From NCBI GenBank assembly GCA_964450845.1, contig CAYVGZ010000037.1:1-15615 (forward strand): a DNA stretch of 15,615 nucleotides, given 5' to 3'. Shown here piece after piece: positions 1 to 7,247 of the stretch. The position numbers and the translations under genes are program-made. The first letter of the stretch is position 1; the number at the start of each line of letters is the position of its first letter. The notes beneath the pieces were generated by a model. That model searched no databases. It saw nothing but the letters and a program-made list of their open reading frames with translations, and was not told where the DNA came from. The DNA is from an uncultured Candidatus Bathyarchaeia archaeon (lineage in GTDB: Archaea > Thermoproteota > Bathyarchaeia > Bathyarchaeales > Bathycorpusculaceae).

Positions 1-1188
1 CCAGCATACACAGACGACACTCTAACTGCAACACCTTACGGATGGTCCGACGCAGATGCTGATCCTGAAGGCTACACTTATCAATGGCAGAAGTGGGACG
101 GTGCCAGCTGGCAAAACATTTCCGGAGAAACTTCCAGCACTTTGAGTTCCGACAACTTCGTCGAAGGAGACCAGATCAAGATAATCTGTACACCGTTTGA
201 CGGCGAAGACTACGGCGCCTCAGAAGAAGATACTATTACCATATCAAACTCACCGCCTGTGCTAGACTCAATTGGACCTAAATCAGTTGATGAGGGAACC
301 ATGCTCTCATTCACGGCCACGGCATCTGATCCCGACGTACCTCCGCAAACCCTTTCCTTCTTGCTGGGACCAGGTGCACCCTCCGGCGCCTCCATTACTA
401 GTGGTGGTGTATTCAGTTGGACTCCAACTGAGGCTCAGGGTCCAGGAGTCTATATCATACGAGTAATTGTTTCTGACGACAGCTTAACAGACTACGAAGA
501 TGTCACGATAACCGTTAATGAGGTCAATCTACCGCCTGTGCTGAATCTGATTGGATCTAAAACGGTTAATGAGGAATCTCTTTTACAATTCACCATAACA
601 GCGTCAGATCCTGACTTACCCGCCCAAACTCTAACATACTCGGCAAGTAACCTCCCATCAGGAGCCACGTTTAACCCTACTACTCGCGTCTTTAGCTGGA
701 CCCCCACCTCTGGGCAGGCTGGAGTCTATTCTGGAATTCACTTTGAGGTGAGTGATGGACACCTAACGGACAGCGAAGATATTACTATCACCGTCACAGC
801 ATCTACACTTGAAGTTTCGATCTCACCAACCTCAGGCTCAATACTTGTCGGGCAGTCCATTACGTTCACATCAACGGTTTCTGGAGGGTATCCAACATAC
901 AGCTATCAATGGTACTTGGGCGGCAATCCTATTTCAGGGGCAACTTCGAGTAGCTGGACGTTCACACCAACAGCAAGCGGCGTGTACTACGTATACTTGA
1001 AGGTTACAGATGCCAATGAAAATACTGTCCAATCCGAAACCGCAAGAATCACCGTTGGCGCAGTTCCTGTTGGAGGGTATTCAATATCATTGGCCAAAAG
1101 AACTCCAACATCCCAAATAGCAGCCTATACGCTGTTGATCGCTCTGTTTGGTGTAGCGCTAAGCCTTAGAAAACGCAAAAGAAAATAG
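1..1188 (+). CDS. Large surface/secreted protein, C-terminal part (5'-truncated): Ig-like/cadherin-like repeats, PKD-like domain, C-terminal membrane anchor
   Basis: Frame 1 is open from base 1 (PAYTDDTLTATPYGWSDADADPEGYTYQW...) to TAG 1186-1188, so the track start at 142 is internal. Ser/Thr/Gly-rich beta-sandwich repeats (NxPPVL...ASDPD...FSWTPT...VSD), then VPVGGY, a hydrophobic helix (IAAYTLLIALFGVALSL) and a basic tail RKRKRK. Confidence 0.9.
   Translation, partial: PAYTDDTLTATPYGWSDADADPEGYTYQWQKWDGASWQNISGETSSTLSSDNFVEGDQIKIICTPFDGEDYGASEEDTITISNSPPVLDSIGPKSVDEGTMLSFTATASDPDVPPQTLSFLLGPGAPSGASITSGGVFSWTPTEAQGPGVYIIRVIVSDDSLTDYEDVTITVNEVNLPPVLNLIGSKTVNEESLLQFTITASDPDLPAQTLTYSASNLPSGATFNPTTRVFSWTPTSGQAGVYSGIHFEVSDGHLTDSEDITITVTASTLEVSISPTSGSILVGQSITFTSTVSGGYPTYSYQWYLGGNPISGATSSSWTFTPTASGVYYVYLKVTDANENTVQSETARITVGAVPVGGYSISLAKRTPTSQIAAYTLLIALFGVALSLRKRKRK
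247..801 (+). repeat. Two tandem ~92-93-aa Ig/cadherin-like domains within the surface protein
   Basis: 247-525 NSPPVLDSIGPKSVDEG..ASDPD..FSWTPT..VSD..EDVTITV and 526-801 NLPPVLNLIGSKTVNEE..ASDPD..FSWTPT..VSD..EDITITV align end to end. Confidence 0.85.
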
Positions 1189-1253
1189 ACACAAACCACA
1201 CAATTTTTCTATATTCCTCCAAAGCAACTAGCTTCTACTCGGAGCTTTTAGTG

Positions 1254-2156
1254 ATGAAAGCGAAAAATAAAGATGAAACCGAAAAGTTTGCTCAAAATAA
1301 AAGACTGACATATGCTGTTATTGCAATTATAACAATAATAATTCTGGCGAGCATTTTTTTCTATTTTCGTCTTAATCAACCAGGTCAACCTAAAGCAGCA
1401 ATAATAGATCAGTTAAGCAGTTCATACTTAGGGCCTATCCGTCACCTAAACGAAGCTTTCATAAATACCACGAAAGAACTGCTATACAAACGTTTTTCAA
1501 TAATCGACTACTATTCAGACAATGCTACTGTAGAACAGTATAAACGGTTATCCTCCCAAAATTATAAACTGATAATTTGGAGAGCACATTCAGCATTAGA
1601 CCTAAATTCAAAATACATCGCAATCTCTACATCTGATAAGTATGGTTTGAAGAATTACGACCAGTATTTGGAAAATGGGCAACTCACTGTATGTAACATA
1701 AGTGGCTATTACTATTTTGGAATAACCCCCAAATTCGTTGAGGAGCTTATGAGCGGAAGATTTGAAGACACTGTGATTATTTTTATGAGTTGCAATGGAT
1801 TAAATCAGAGTTATTCTAAGACTGCAGAGACCTTTGAAGAGAAAGGCGTAAAGGTGTTTATAAGCTGGGATGGCTGGATTGACCCATCAGACAACGACAA
1901 TGCAATCGCTCGTCTACTTGATTACTTGATTAACAAAAACGATACCATCAGCGAAGCCGTAGACAAGATAGATATAATCTATTCACCAGAATTCGGACGG
2001 AGCGAATTAAAATATCATCCAGATTCAGACCCTGAAGTCGCAAACTATTGCATACCGGATTACAGACAAAACAATGTGTCAAGCAATGTGGGATTTATTG
2101 TATTAGCAGTTATAAGGAAAGATTTAGATGCGTGTTGGACTGGGGTGGCTTGTTAA
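1254..2156 (+). CDS. Membrane-anchored hypothetical protein, possible clan CD (caspase/gingipain-like) fold
   Basis: 300-aa ORF (ATG 1254; GTG 1251 alternative). N-terminal basic stretch plus one TM helix (LTYAVIAIITIIILASIFFYF). Strand-His motif LIIWRAHS (His 1587-1589) and strand-Cys motif VIIFMSCNG (Cys 1791-1793). Confidence 0.8.
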   Translation: MKAKNKDETEKFAQNKRLTYAVIAIITIIILASIFFYFRLNQPGQPKAAIIDQLSSSYLGPIRHLNEAFINTTKELLYKRFSIIDYYSDNATVEQYKRLSSQNYKLIIWRAHSALDLNSKYIAISTSDKYGLKNYDQYLENGQLTVCNISGYYYFGITPKFVEELMSGRFEDTVIIFMSCNGLNQSYSKTAETFEEKGVKVFISWDGWIDPSDNDNAIARLLDYLINKNDTISEAVDKIDIIYSPEFGRSELKYHPDSDPEVANYCIPDYRQNNVSSNVGFIVLAVIRKDLDACWTGVAC

Positions 2157-2468
2157 ACGCTTAAATCGTCTAGAGACGATTACATTTAGTTGGTTGCGAA
2201 GAGCATCGCCTGTCAAATTAAATTTTTGCAGTTTCTTCATCTCTAACGCCAATTCTTCATCTTGTAAAACTTCATTCACCCATTTTTCAAAGTCTCCACG
2301 ATAAAGGTGAAACTCTAGGGATTTCACGTTTATTCCGTTTATTTTATCCATAAATTCCTTCAATGATGATGCACTTTCGCCAGTGTAATTTCCAATCGAT
2401 GTGAAGAAATAGAATGCTTTCTCGCGTGGAACGATTCTTAAAATTTTTGAAATTGTATCGTGACTCAT
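2124..2468 (-). CDS. DUF5752-family protein
   Basis: 114 aa; AFYFFTSIG..SLKEF..SLEFHLYRGDFEKWVNEVLQDEELA matches the DUF5752 pattern as recalled. Starts 1 nt after the lrp stop. Confidence 0.8.
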   Translation of the reverse strand: MSHDTISKILRIVPREKAFYFFTSIGNYTGESASSLKEFMDKINGINVKSLEFHLYRGDFEKWVNEVLQDEELALEMKKLQKFNLTGDALRNQLNVIVSRRFKRLTSHPSPTRI

Positions 2469-2469
2469 A

Positions 2470-3003
2470 CTATTTCTCTCCCTTTATATTATGTGTTTCT
2501 TTTATAAATGTTAACTTTTTCGGGTTATTGACTATTGCATGTTGTGTTTCTTTAAATTTCTTCGTCAATATCGACGTACGAATCCTCAAAACACCAGGCA
2601 AGGGAGCAACTGAATTAGCGATAAATGTGTGCAAGCTTTCCTGATTTTCTGCAGCGACTTTTGCAATTATTTGAAGTTCTTCTGACAGTGATGTGTAAAC
2701 TTCTAGGACTTGTGGTGCCGAGCTGAGGGTTTCTGCAACTTTCTCGCTTTCTTTAGGGTCTGTGAAAACAGTCATTATGGCGGTTATGCGTTTGGTTCCA
2801 GCCTTTTCAGCATCTATCAAAGCTGTATATTTCTTGATTATTCCATTCTGCTCCATTCTTTTTATTCTGTCGTAAACTGTTGAGTGGGCTATTCCCAAAA
2901 GCTTACCTATAGCCATGTAAGTCTGCCTAGAATCTTCCTGCAAAGCCTCCAAAATTTCTAAATCTGTGTCATCTAAGATTACGGTGTTGTTTTTGAGCTT
3001 CAA
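2470..3003 (-). CDS. Lrp/AsnC-family transcriptional regulator
   Basis: HTH LDDTDLEILEALQEDSRQTYMAIGKLLGIAHSTVYDRIKRMEQNGII followed by a RAM domain. Start placed at TTG 3003 behind a GGGGAGAGG RBS rather than the track's 3096. Confidence 0.92.
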   Translation of the reverse strand: MKLKNNTVILDDTDLEILEALQEDSRQTYMAIGKLLGIAHSTVYDRIKRMEQNGIIKKYTALIDAEKAGTKRITAIMTVFTDPKESEKVAETLSSAPQVLEVYTSLSEELQIIAKVAAENQESLHTFIANSVAPLPGVLRIRTSILTKKFKETQHAIVNNPKKLTFIKETHNIKGEK

Positions 3004-3279
3004 TGCTGCCTCTCCCCTTTCAATATGAAGGGGTGCGTGTTTAAATTTATTGTTTGCTGTCGGAAAAATGTAGAAATTCTTCTCTTTTTTCTTCAAATTT
3101 TCTTTCTTCAGCTTTTCCGTAAATTCGTCAGTAAAAAGGCTAATTGCCTACAAATTTTCAACTGAAACAATATTTATCCTACATTTTTGCGAAGAAGCTG
3201 ACAAATAAGTTTAAATTTGTGGCTGACTAAATAGAATACTGTTCTAGAAGATTCTAACATAAAAAGTTGTGATGAAAAG

Positions 3280-3777
3280 ATGAAAATGCCTAGAGTTTGG
3301 GAAATTCTCAAAAAATTTAAGGACGCTTGTAGGGTTCGCGGTTGGAAGACTTCTGAAAGCGAAGATTGGATTGAAATTAATGATGAATATAACAGTTTTC
3401 TGTGGGCTAGAGATATTCATCCCTCTTCCTTTAAAAGAATAGTTTCAAATCGAAAGTGTGTTGTTCGAGAAGGTTTATCTTATCGTGTTGTTGATGCAGC
3501 GTATACTGCATGGTTGTTCTCAGAGGCACCTTCAGACATCCTTGTTAAAACAGTTTTTGAAAATCCAGCCTTTTCTGAGAGAATAGCCCTATATGACCTA
3601 AGCCCCTTGTTAGAAGGAAAAAATCTGTGCGTTAAACTAAATCACACGAACAGCCCTGTTTTCCAAGAGTTTGAACGTTTTCTCCAAAATGAGCTAAAAG
3701 TCAAATTTAAGCCTCTTCCGTCCTTTTCTAATGCGGAATTGCCTGAGAAAAATTACACTATTGAAGAACTAGCTTAG
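3280..3777 (+). CDS. Hypothetical protein
   Basis: 165-aa ORF with normal globular composition, divergent from lrp; no recognisable motif. Confidence 0.8.
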   Translation: MKMPRVWEILKKFKDACRVRGWKTSESEDWIEINDEYNSFLWARDIHPSSFKRIVSNRKCVVREGLSYRVVDAAYTAWLFSEAPSDILVKTVFENPAFSERIALYDLSPLLEGKNLCVKLNHTNSPVFQEFERFLQNELKVKFKPLPSFSNAELPEKNYTIEELA

Positions 3778-3844
3778 GTTTTTAGGCGAAACTTTCAAAG
3801 GTTTGATAAGGGAAAATGCTCTATAACAGTTGTTGTGAAGGGCA

Positions 3845-4447
3845 ATGTCTCAGGATTCTGAAAAAATAAAGAGGCTTGTCTCGTTCAAGCAGAAACTTGA
3901 AAAAAGGGTTGGAGCGCTGGAATCTGAACTCAAAGACATTCAAGCTACAATTGATGCGTTAAACTTTATACTATTGGAAAAAGGGTTTAAACGTGCAGAA
4001 ATAACAAAATCACCTGCTGAAATAGAGGCTCCGCTGCCAAAAGAAGAGGTTACGGTTGAGCCTTCTCCTCCTCTGCCTCAGGCAGAATATGAAAACGTTA
4101 CTCCATTAAAGACTGTTACGGGCGAGCTTCTTGCGACTCTTCATGTAAGTGAAGATTCATTGCGGGTGGTGCTAGCGGAAGATAAAAACTTTAATGTTAA
4201 CACGCCGCCTTTCACCCCTTTTCTAGTAGAAAGAGTTTTTGCAAAAATGCAGGAAAAAGACAACGAACTAGCGAGAACCGAGCAAATGGCTCCAGAAAAA
4301 ATTTTCTGTTATAACATTGTTAAAGACGGTGACGTAATTCGTGAAATAACAATTAAGCATGTTGACCAAGACCGTTTGAGGGAGCTTAAATCAAGCATCC
4401 GTTGGACATTGGAGAAAATGTATGAGAAAATGAAAAGTCAAAGTTAA
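3845..4447 (+). CDS. Hypothetical protein with N-terminal coiled coil and Pro/Glu-rich linker
   Basis: 200 aa: heptad-like N-terminus (LVSFKQKLEKRVGALESELKDIQATIDAL), linker EAPLPKEEVTVEPSPPLP, globular C-terminus with NTPPF and W-x-LEKM. Confidence 0.82.
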   Translation: MSQDSEKIKRLVSFKQKLEKRVGALESELKDIQATIDALNFILLEKGFKRAEITKSPAEIEAPLPKEEVTVEPSPPLPQAEYENVTPLKTVTGELLATLHVSEDSLRVVLAEDKNFNVNTPPFTPFLVERVFAKMQEKDNELARTEQMAPEKIFCYNIVKDGDVIREITIKHVDQDRLRELKSSIRWTLEKMYEKMKSQS

Positions 4448-4455
4448 AGGCAACT

Positions 4456-5025
4456 TTATTTGCGGTCGAAGTAGATGTTTTTGCCTTTTGCGGACATTGG
4501 GATTCCCAGGATGACTGTTGCTTCTGGCATCAATTTTAGTTTTAATGCTGCTGTACCAACACGATACATTATACGGTTGTCAACGTTCAAAATGTTTGCT
4601 GTTTTTGCGGCTGATCCTAAAGCTATTCCAAGGTCTAAGGCTTTAAAAATGCATGTTGAGCCAGAAAAGTCTTGTCCAAACTTTTTCTCTGCTTCTTCAA
4701 ACTCTTTACAGCTTTTGTAGCCGCATGCTCCACAGTTTAATCCAAAACTTTTGTTCCCTCTGACTCCAATCAGAATGAGTGCTTCTGAATCTCTGACGTT
4801 TTTTGCATCCCTTTTAAAGCCCTCTATTTTTCGCTCCTCTGCTATTTCCTCCATTTTCTTGGCAATGACATTTTTCTCTTTGCCATAAACGATTATTGTT
4901 AGAACGTCGTCTACGCCGCCTGATTTTGGAGCTGTCCTCGCTGCTATCAACATGAGTTTAGCTGCTTCCAAAATCGCATCTCTTTCTCCATTTTTGCTTT
5001 CAATTATCGGTGGGCTCAAATTCAT
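4456..5025 (-). CDS. DUF2148 / ferredoxin-domain-containing protein
   Basis: ARTAPKSGG N-terminal motif, Cys cluster CGACGYKSC...C, and DLGIALGSA..VDNRIMYRVG..LGIPMS..GKNIYFDR typical of this family. ATG 5025 (GTG 5028 alternative). Confidence 0.88.
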   Translation of the reverse strand: MNLSPPIIESKNGERDAILEAAKLMLIAARTAPKSGGVDDVLTIIVYGKEKNVIAKKMEEIAEERKIEGFKRDAKNVRDSEALILIGVRGNKSFGLNCGACGYKSCKEFEEAEKKFGQDFSGSTCIFKALDLGIALGSAAKTANILNVDNRIMYRVGTAALKLKLMPEATVILGIPMSAKGKNIYFDRK

Positions 5026-5104
5026 CACTCACACTAAATCATGAAGTTGAGTTTACAACCGAAATTATGGGGAGTTAGTTTAAGAGCTTTAGGCTTTTAC
5101 GGTG

Positions 5105-5230
5105 TTAAAAACTTTCTTTCAGCAGTTCCACAATAGCGTTTAACTGACCTGTGTATAAGCCTACAGCTAGGGCGGAGACGCCTAAAAGAAGTATTAATGC
5201 GCCTATTATTCTACGTTCTGGAATATCCAT
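5105..5230 (-). CDS. Small single-TM membrane protein, 41 aa (not in ORF track)
   Basis: Translates as MDIPERRIIGALILLLGVSALAVGLYTGQLNAIVELLKESF*. ATG is 12 nt after the trxA stop, with AGGA upstream; one clean hydrophobic helix. Confidence 0.7.
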   Translation of the reverse strand: MDIPERRIIGALILLLGVSALAVGLYTGQLNAIVELLKESF

Positions 5231-5242
5231 TTTTTTTATTCC

Positions 5243-5677
5243 TTATCCTAAGTGTTTTTTTAAGATTGATTCGATGTGGTTTTTTGGGCAAAGTCCGATT
5301 ATTCTGTCAACTTCTTTTCCATTCTTTATTATCAGCATAGTGGGGATGCTAAAAATCTGGAAGCTTTCAGCGGTTCTTGGGTTCTCGTCAACATTAAGCT
5401 TACCTACAAACACTTCTCCAGCATATTTTTCTGTCAACTCCTCAATTGTCGGGGCTAAAGCTAGACATGGACTGCACCAAGGCGCCCAACAATCAATCAA
5501 GGCTAGCGAATGCTGATTGACTGTTTCGTTAAAATTTGAATCTGTTACATGAACTGGTTCCGTTGTCATTTCCTGCTTTCTCTCCTTCAGCTCTATAAGT
5601 TCCCTAATTTTCTTTTCTCTGGTATGCTTCAGTTCTCTGTTTCCCTTTAATATAAAGTGTTCGTGTTCGTCATTCAT
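5243..5677 (-). CDS. trxA: Thioredoxin
   Basis: DCWAPWCSPC active site, VFVGKLNVDENP, FQIFSIPTMLIIKNGKEVDRIIG; charged N-terminal extension. Confidence 0.93.
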   Translation of the reverse strand: MNDEHEHFILKGNRELKHTREKKIRELIELKERKQEMTTEPVHVTDSNFNETVNQHSLALIDCWAPWCSPCLALAPTIEELTEKYAGEVFVGKLNVDENPRTAESFQIFSIPTMLIIKNGKEVDRIIGLCPKNHIESILKKHLG

Positions 5678-5683
5678 TTGGTT

Positions 5684-6136
5684 TCATCTGCGTTGTTTTA
5701 AAGAGTTCTGTAGAGCCTTAAGTTTTCTGTAAGCTTCCTTTGGGTCTGAAATTTCTTTCGCTAGTTTTTCAAAGGGGCAAATTCCCTTTTCATCAGTCGC
5801 AAGTATGTTTTCGACTAAATTCTTCCATTCATGATAAACTGCGTGTTTTTCAAATACACTTTTCGCTTCTTTGCTTAGGGTTACTGCATAAACTTTTTCA
5901 ACTTCTGCGTAAACGCATAACAGCGCAATTGCTTTTCCAACGACCCTATCGGCAACTGAAGACCCCTCAAGTTTGCTTCCAAGCTTTTCAATAGCTTCTA
6001 AAAAGCCAGAAATCCCATGGGAAGCATCCTCAAAAATCACTTCACCATCTTTAAGTATAGAAAGTGTTAGGCTTTTTTCAAGAAGGCGTTTTTTGGCTGC
6101 TTGTAAATTCTGCATGTCTATTTCAATTGGCAACAA
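5684..6136 (-). CDS. DUF1893 (TM1506-like) protein
   Basis: VADRVVGKAIALL..YA..LS..A and CPFEK motifs of DUF1893. Start could instead be ATG 6115. Confidence 0.87.
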   Translation of the reverse strand: MLPIEIDMQNLQAAKKRLLEKSLTLSILKDGEVIFEDASHGISGFLEAIEKLGSKLEGSSVADRVVGKAIALLCVYAEVEKVYAVTLSKEAKSVFEKHAVYHEWKNLVENILATDEKGICPFEKLAKEISDPKEAYRKLKALQNSLKQRR

Positions 6137-6156
6137 TGAAGCTGCTAAAATATTTA

Positions 6157-6600
6157 TTACTTTTCTATCTTAAAAAGATGGTTTTGCGGCATGCGGGCAA
6201 TTTTCCGTGCAAGCTCTTCATTCGTTAAGCCTTTAGACATTTCGCTCATTAACTCCTTTATTATCTTTGGATTAACTGATACCCTCGTAACTCTATTCAA
6301 ATTTTGCAGTTCGAAATGGGCTGTTATTTCCTTTTTCGAGTTTTCTATTCTTAGTTTTTGATTTCCAATAGTACATTGAGTTGCAGTTTGGATTCCGTCA
6401 AGAATACACGAAAAAGGCGTCAAAAGTGGAACTTTGACGGTTGCCTGTAATCTCTTATCTTCTTTAATGTTTGGTTTTAGAATTCTTTTAGCTATGATTC
6501 CCATTCTAACTCCAATGACTAAAAAAGGACCCAAATGTCCATGAAACTCTGCAGCTTTCTCTATCAGAGTCATTGGCTCTGCGTTGAGTTTGGATTTCAT
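6157..6600 (-). CDS. FmdE-family (formylmethanofuran dehydrogenase subunit E-like) metal-binding protein
   Basis: FHGHLGPFLVIGVRMG and CILDGIQTATQCTIGNQKL signature motifs; 147 aa; no C-terminal zinc finger. Confidence 0.9.
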   Translation of the reverse strand: MKSKLNAEPMTLIEKAAEFHGHLGPFLVIGVRMGIIAKRILKPNIKEDKRLQATVKVPLLTPFSCILDGIQTATQCTIGNQKLRIENSKKEITAHFELQNLNRVTRVSVNPKIIKELMSEMSKGLTNEELARKIARMPQNHLFKIEK

Positions 6601-6613
6601 GTTTTCACTTTTT

Positions 6614-7159
6614 TTACATCTTTTGCAAACTGATTCTGGTTGAGAGTGCTTTTATCAGCACAAGACCGACAGTGCCTCCAATAGCACCGCCTATGACATG
6701 TAATACTACGAAGAGAGTTATGCCTCCAAAATTTGTCATTAGAAAATTTGTGCTCGTGAAAAGATATCCTATTATCACACCAGCAACCGCTGTGGAAGCT
6801 AAGGATGTGAAAAATACGCTTATCATCTTCAGTACTGATTTCTCTGGAGAATTTTGGTTTCCCAAGAGTCTCGTGAGAACGTCGAAGACTATGCTTGCGG
6901 CTGTGAAGCCGAAGAAATGGGTTGCATTTGGGTTAAGCATTAAAGTTATGATTGTGGCAATTATTCCTGTCGTGGTTATCGCTCCAAATTTTCTTACCCA
7001 CCACATGACCAAAATTATCAAAATGATGCCTGTCATGTCGCAGAAGAATGGTAGGTGAGTGGCTGTCCAAAAGACTGGTGTAAAGTATGCACTAAGTACG
7101 CCCCATAAGGCGGCACACATGGCTATTGCGGTAATGTCTCGAGTTGTGAAGTAGAACAT
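6614..7159 (-). CDS. Integral membrane protein, ECF transporter S-component-like
   Basis: 181 aa, about 5-6 hydrophobic helices. The N-terminus FTTRDITAIAMCAALW carries the helix-1 AxxxA motif of S-components. AAGGTG RBS upstream of ATG 7159. Confidence 0.72.
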   Translation of the reverse strand: MFYFTTRDITAIAMCAALWGVLSAYFTPVFWTATHLPFFCDMTGIILIILVMWWVRKFGAITTTGIIATIITLMLNPNATHFFGFTAASIVFDVLTRLLGNQNSPEKSVLKMISVFFTSLASTAVAGVIIGYLFTSTNFLMTNFGGITLFVVLHVIGGAIGGTVGLVLIKALSTRISLQKM

Positions 7160-7189
7160 GGTAACACCTTTTTGTCAGTTAGTGTTACC
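7160..7189. promoter_or_regulatory. Perfect palindromic operator GGTAACAC-N14-GTGTTACC, putative NikR site
   Basis: Arms 7160-7167 and 7182-7189 are exact reverse complements. The core GTAACA-N16-TGTTAC has the spacing of the E. coli NikR operator GTATGA-N16-TCATAC. It lies between the TATA box and the ATG; nikR is nearby. Confidence 0.75.
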
Positions 7190-7197
7190 GGAACTTC

Positions 7198-7211
7198 GAT
7201 AAAAACTTTGC
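7198..7211 (-). promoter_or_regulatory. BRE + TATA box of the S-component operon
   Basis: Minus strand GCAAAG-TTTTTATC, about 40 nt upstream of ATG 7159; the predicted start site falls inside the palindrome spacer. Confidence 0.6.
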
Positions 7212-7247
7212 CCCATTCGTATATTTAGCGATGCTTCCTTCACTTTG

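Noticed and set aside
210-1000. Track ORFs 210-395, 272-466, 492-707, 809-1000
   Set aside because: Alternative-frame or antisense shadows of the surface-protein gene; no motifs.
3014-3033. Small inverted repeat CCCCTTTCAATATGAAGGGG over the lrp RBS
   Set aside because: Short and imperfect, with a 3-nt loop; cannot be distinguished from chance.
5243-5677. WCSPC instead of WCGPC in thioredoxin
   Set aside because: Within ordinary variation of thioredoxin active sites; not informative alone.
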